Shown here piece after piece: positions 62,961 to 64,000 of a stretch of DNA of 64,000 bases. Source of the stretch: Squalus acanthias (taxonomy: Eukaryota); NCBI GenBank assembly GCA_030390025.1, contig JASTWF010000353.1, positions 62,001 through 126,000 of the forward strand, given 5' to 3'. Below the pieces are notes generated by a model. That model did not search any database. It was not told the origin of the DNA and saw nothing but the letters and a program-made list of their open reading frames with translations. Position 1 is the first letter of the stretch; every line of letters starts with the position of its first letter. The position numbers and the translations under genes are program-made.

Positions 62961-64000
62961 GATCTCTATATCTGCCCCTCGATCGCTCTGTTTCTGCTCT
63001 TCGCTCTCTGTATCTGTCCCTCAATCTCTTGTATCTGCACCTGCCTCTCTGTATCTGGCCCTCAATCTCTGTATCTGCCCCTCACTCTCTGTATCTGTCC
63101 CCTTGATCTCAGTATCTGCCCCTCACTCACTGTATCTGCCCCTCATTCTCGGTATCGGACCCTCAATCTCAGTATCTGCCCCTCAATCTCTGTGTCTGCC
63201 CCTGGATCTCTATATCTGCCCCTCAATCACTCTGTATCTGCCCCTCACTCTCTATATCTGCCCCTCGATCTCTCTGTTTCTGCTCTTCACTCTCTGTATC
63301 TGCCCCTCGATCTCTATATCTGCCCCTCGATCTCTCTGTTTCTGCTCTTCACTCTCTGTATCTGCCCCTCACTCTCTGTATCTGTCCCTTGATCGCAGTG
63401 TCTGCCCCTCACTCTTGGTACCTGCCCCTCGATCTCTATATCTGCCCCTCGATCTCTCTGTATCTGCCCCCACTCTCTGTATCTGCCCCTCACTCTCTGT
63501 ATCTGCCCCTCGATCTCTGTATCTGCCCCTCACTCTCTGTATCTGCCCCTTGATCTCTATATCTGTCCCTCGATCTCTCTGTATCTGCACCTCACTCTCT
63601 GTATCTACCCCTCGATCTCTGTATCTGCCCCTTGAGCTCTGTATCTATCCCTCGATCTCTGTATCTGCCCCTCGATCTCTGTATCTTCCCCTTGATCTCT
63701 GTATCTGCCCCTTGATCTCTGTATCTGCTACTCGATCTCTCTGTATCTGCCCCTAGATCTCTGTACCTGCCCCTTGATCTCTGTATCTGCACCTCACTCT
63801 CTGTATCTGCCCCTCACTCTCTGTATCTGTCCCTCGATCACAGTAACTGCCCCTCGCTCTCTGTATCTCTCCCTCACTCTCTGTAACTGCCCCTCACTCT
63901 CTGTATCTGCCCCTCGATCTCTCTGTATCTGCCCCTCAATTTCTGTACCTGCCCCTTGATCTCTGTATCTGCAACTCACTCTCTGTATCTGCACCTCACT

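Larger units (their letters stand above)
1..64000 (+). repeat. Tandem satellite/minisatellite array, 20-bp monomer CACTCTCTGTATCTGCCCCT / CGATCTCTGTATCTGCCCCT, about 3,200 copies, open at both ends
   Basis: The core TCTGTATCTGCCCCT recurs every ~20 bp on every line. In the 60-column layout, columns stay in register until a 14/18/19/21/22-bp monomer shifts them. No non-repeat sequence and no inversion seen. Confidence 0.99.

Noticed and set aside
5..63994. Hundreds of ORFs (up to 471 aa, e.g. 20451-21866 and 44604-45905), Cys/Leu/Pro/Ser-rich on + and Arg/Gly/Glu-rich on -
   Set aside because: They overlap in all frames with the same peptide, are fully explained by the stop-free 20-bp monomer, often start at non-ATG codons, and show no frame preservation across 14/19/22-bp monomers.
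1..64000. CRISPR array or other repeat-spacer system
   Set aside because: There are no unique spacers. The variable part is only 3-5 bases drawn from a small recurring set, and there are no cas genes or leader.
1..64000. Telomerase-synthesised telomeric tract (G-rich strand, long unit as in some yeasts)
   Set aside because: kb-scale higher-order duplications and heritable variant order indicate recombinational amplification, not templated addition. No canonical telomere motif is present.
1..64000. Immunoglobulin switch-region-like repeat
   Set aside because: It is G-skewed, but AGCT hotspots are rare variants only, the array is far longer than typical switch regions, and no flanking exons are present.
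1..64000. CTCF, GATA or Chi-like minisatellite-core motifs in the minus-strand GAGGGGCAGATAC
   Set aside because: Only partial resemblance: it lacks the 5' half and spacing of the CTCF core, AGATAC does not match WGATAR, and only GGGCAG is shared with the minisatellite core.
1..64000. Sequencing artefact (concatemer or rolling-circle product)
   Set aside because: Variants are inherited in nested, position-specific patterns with CpG-type transitions, unlike random read error. Local copy-number misassembly cannot be excluded.

Overview
The whole 64 kb window is one uninterrupted head-to-tail tandem array (satellite or very long minisatellite) of a 20-bp monomer, consensus CACTCTCTGTATCTGCCCCT, with a co-dominant variant CGATCTCTGTATCTGCCCCT. 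That is roughly 3,200 monomers (64,000/20), all in one orientation, running off both window ends. I found no genes, RNA genes, transposons, CRISPR spacers or unique sequence. All ORFs in the track are artefacts of translating a 20-bp repeat that is stop-free on the + strand. What is interesting is the array's architecture: nested and overlapping higher-order repeats (periods or offsets of 281, 322, 359, 844, 1001, 1257, 1569/1711, 1889, 2176, 2843-2982, 4239, 8723 and 8873 bp), three zones with different variant repertoires, a near-perfect recent 3 x 2176-bp expansion with readable chimeric junctions, and a two-strand CpG-deamination signature suggesting methylated eukaryotic DNA. I cannot support a new protein-coding or RNA system here. 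Boundaries were read by eye and are approximate to about one monomer unless stated otherwise.
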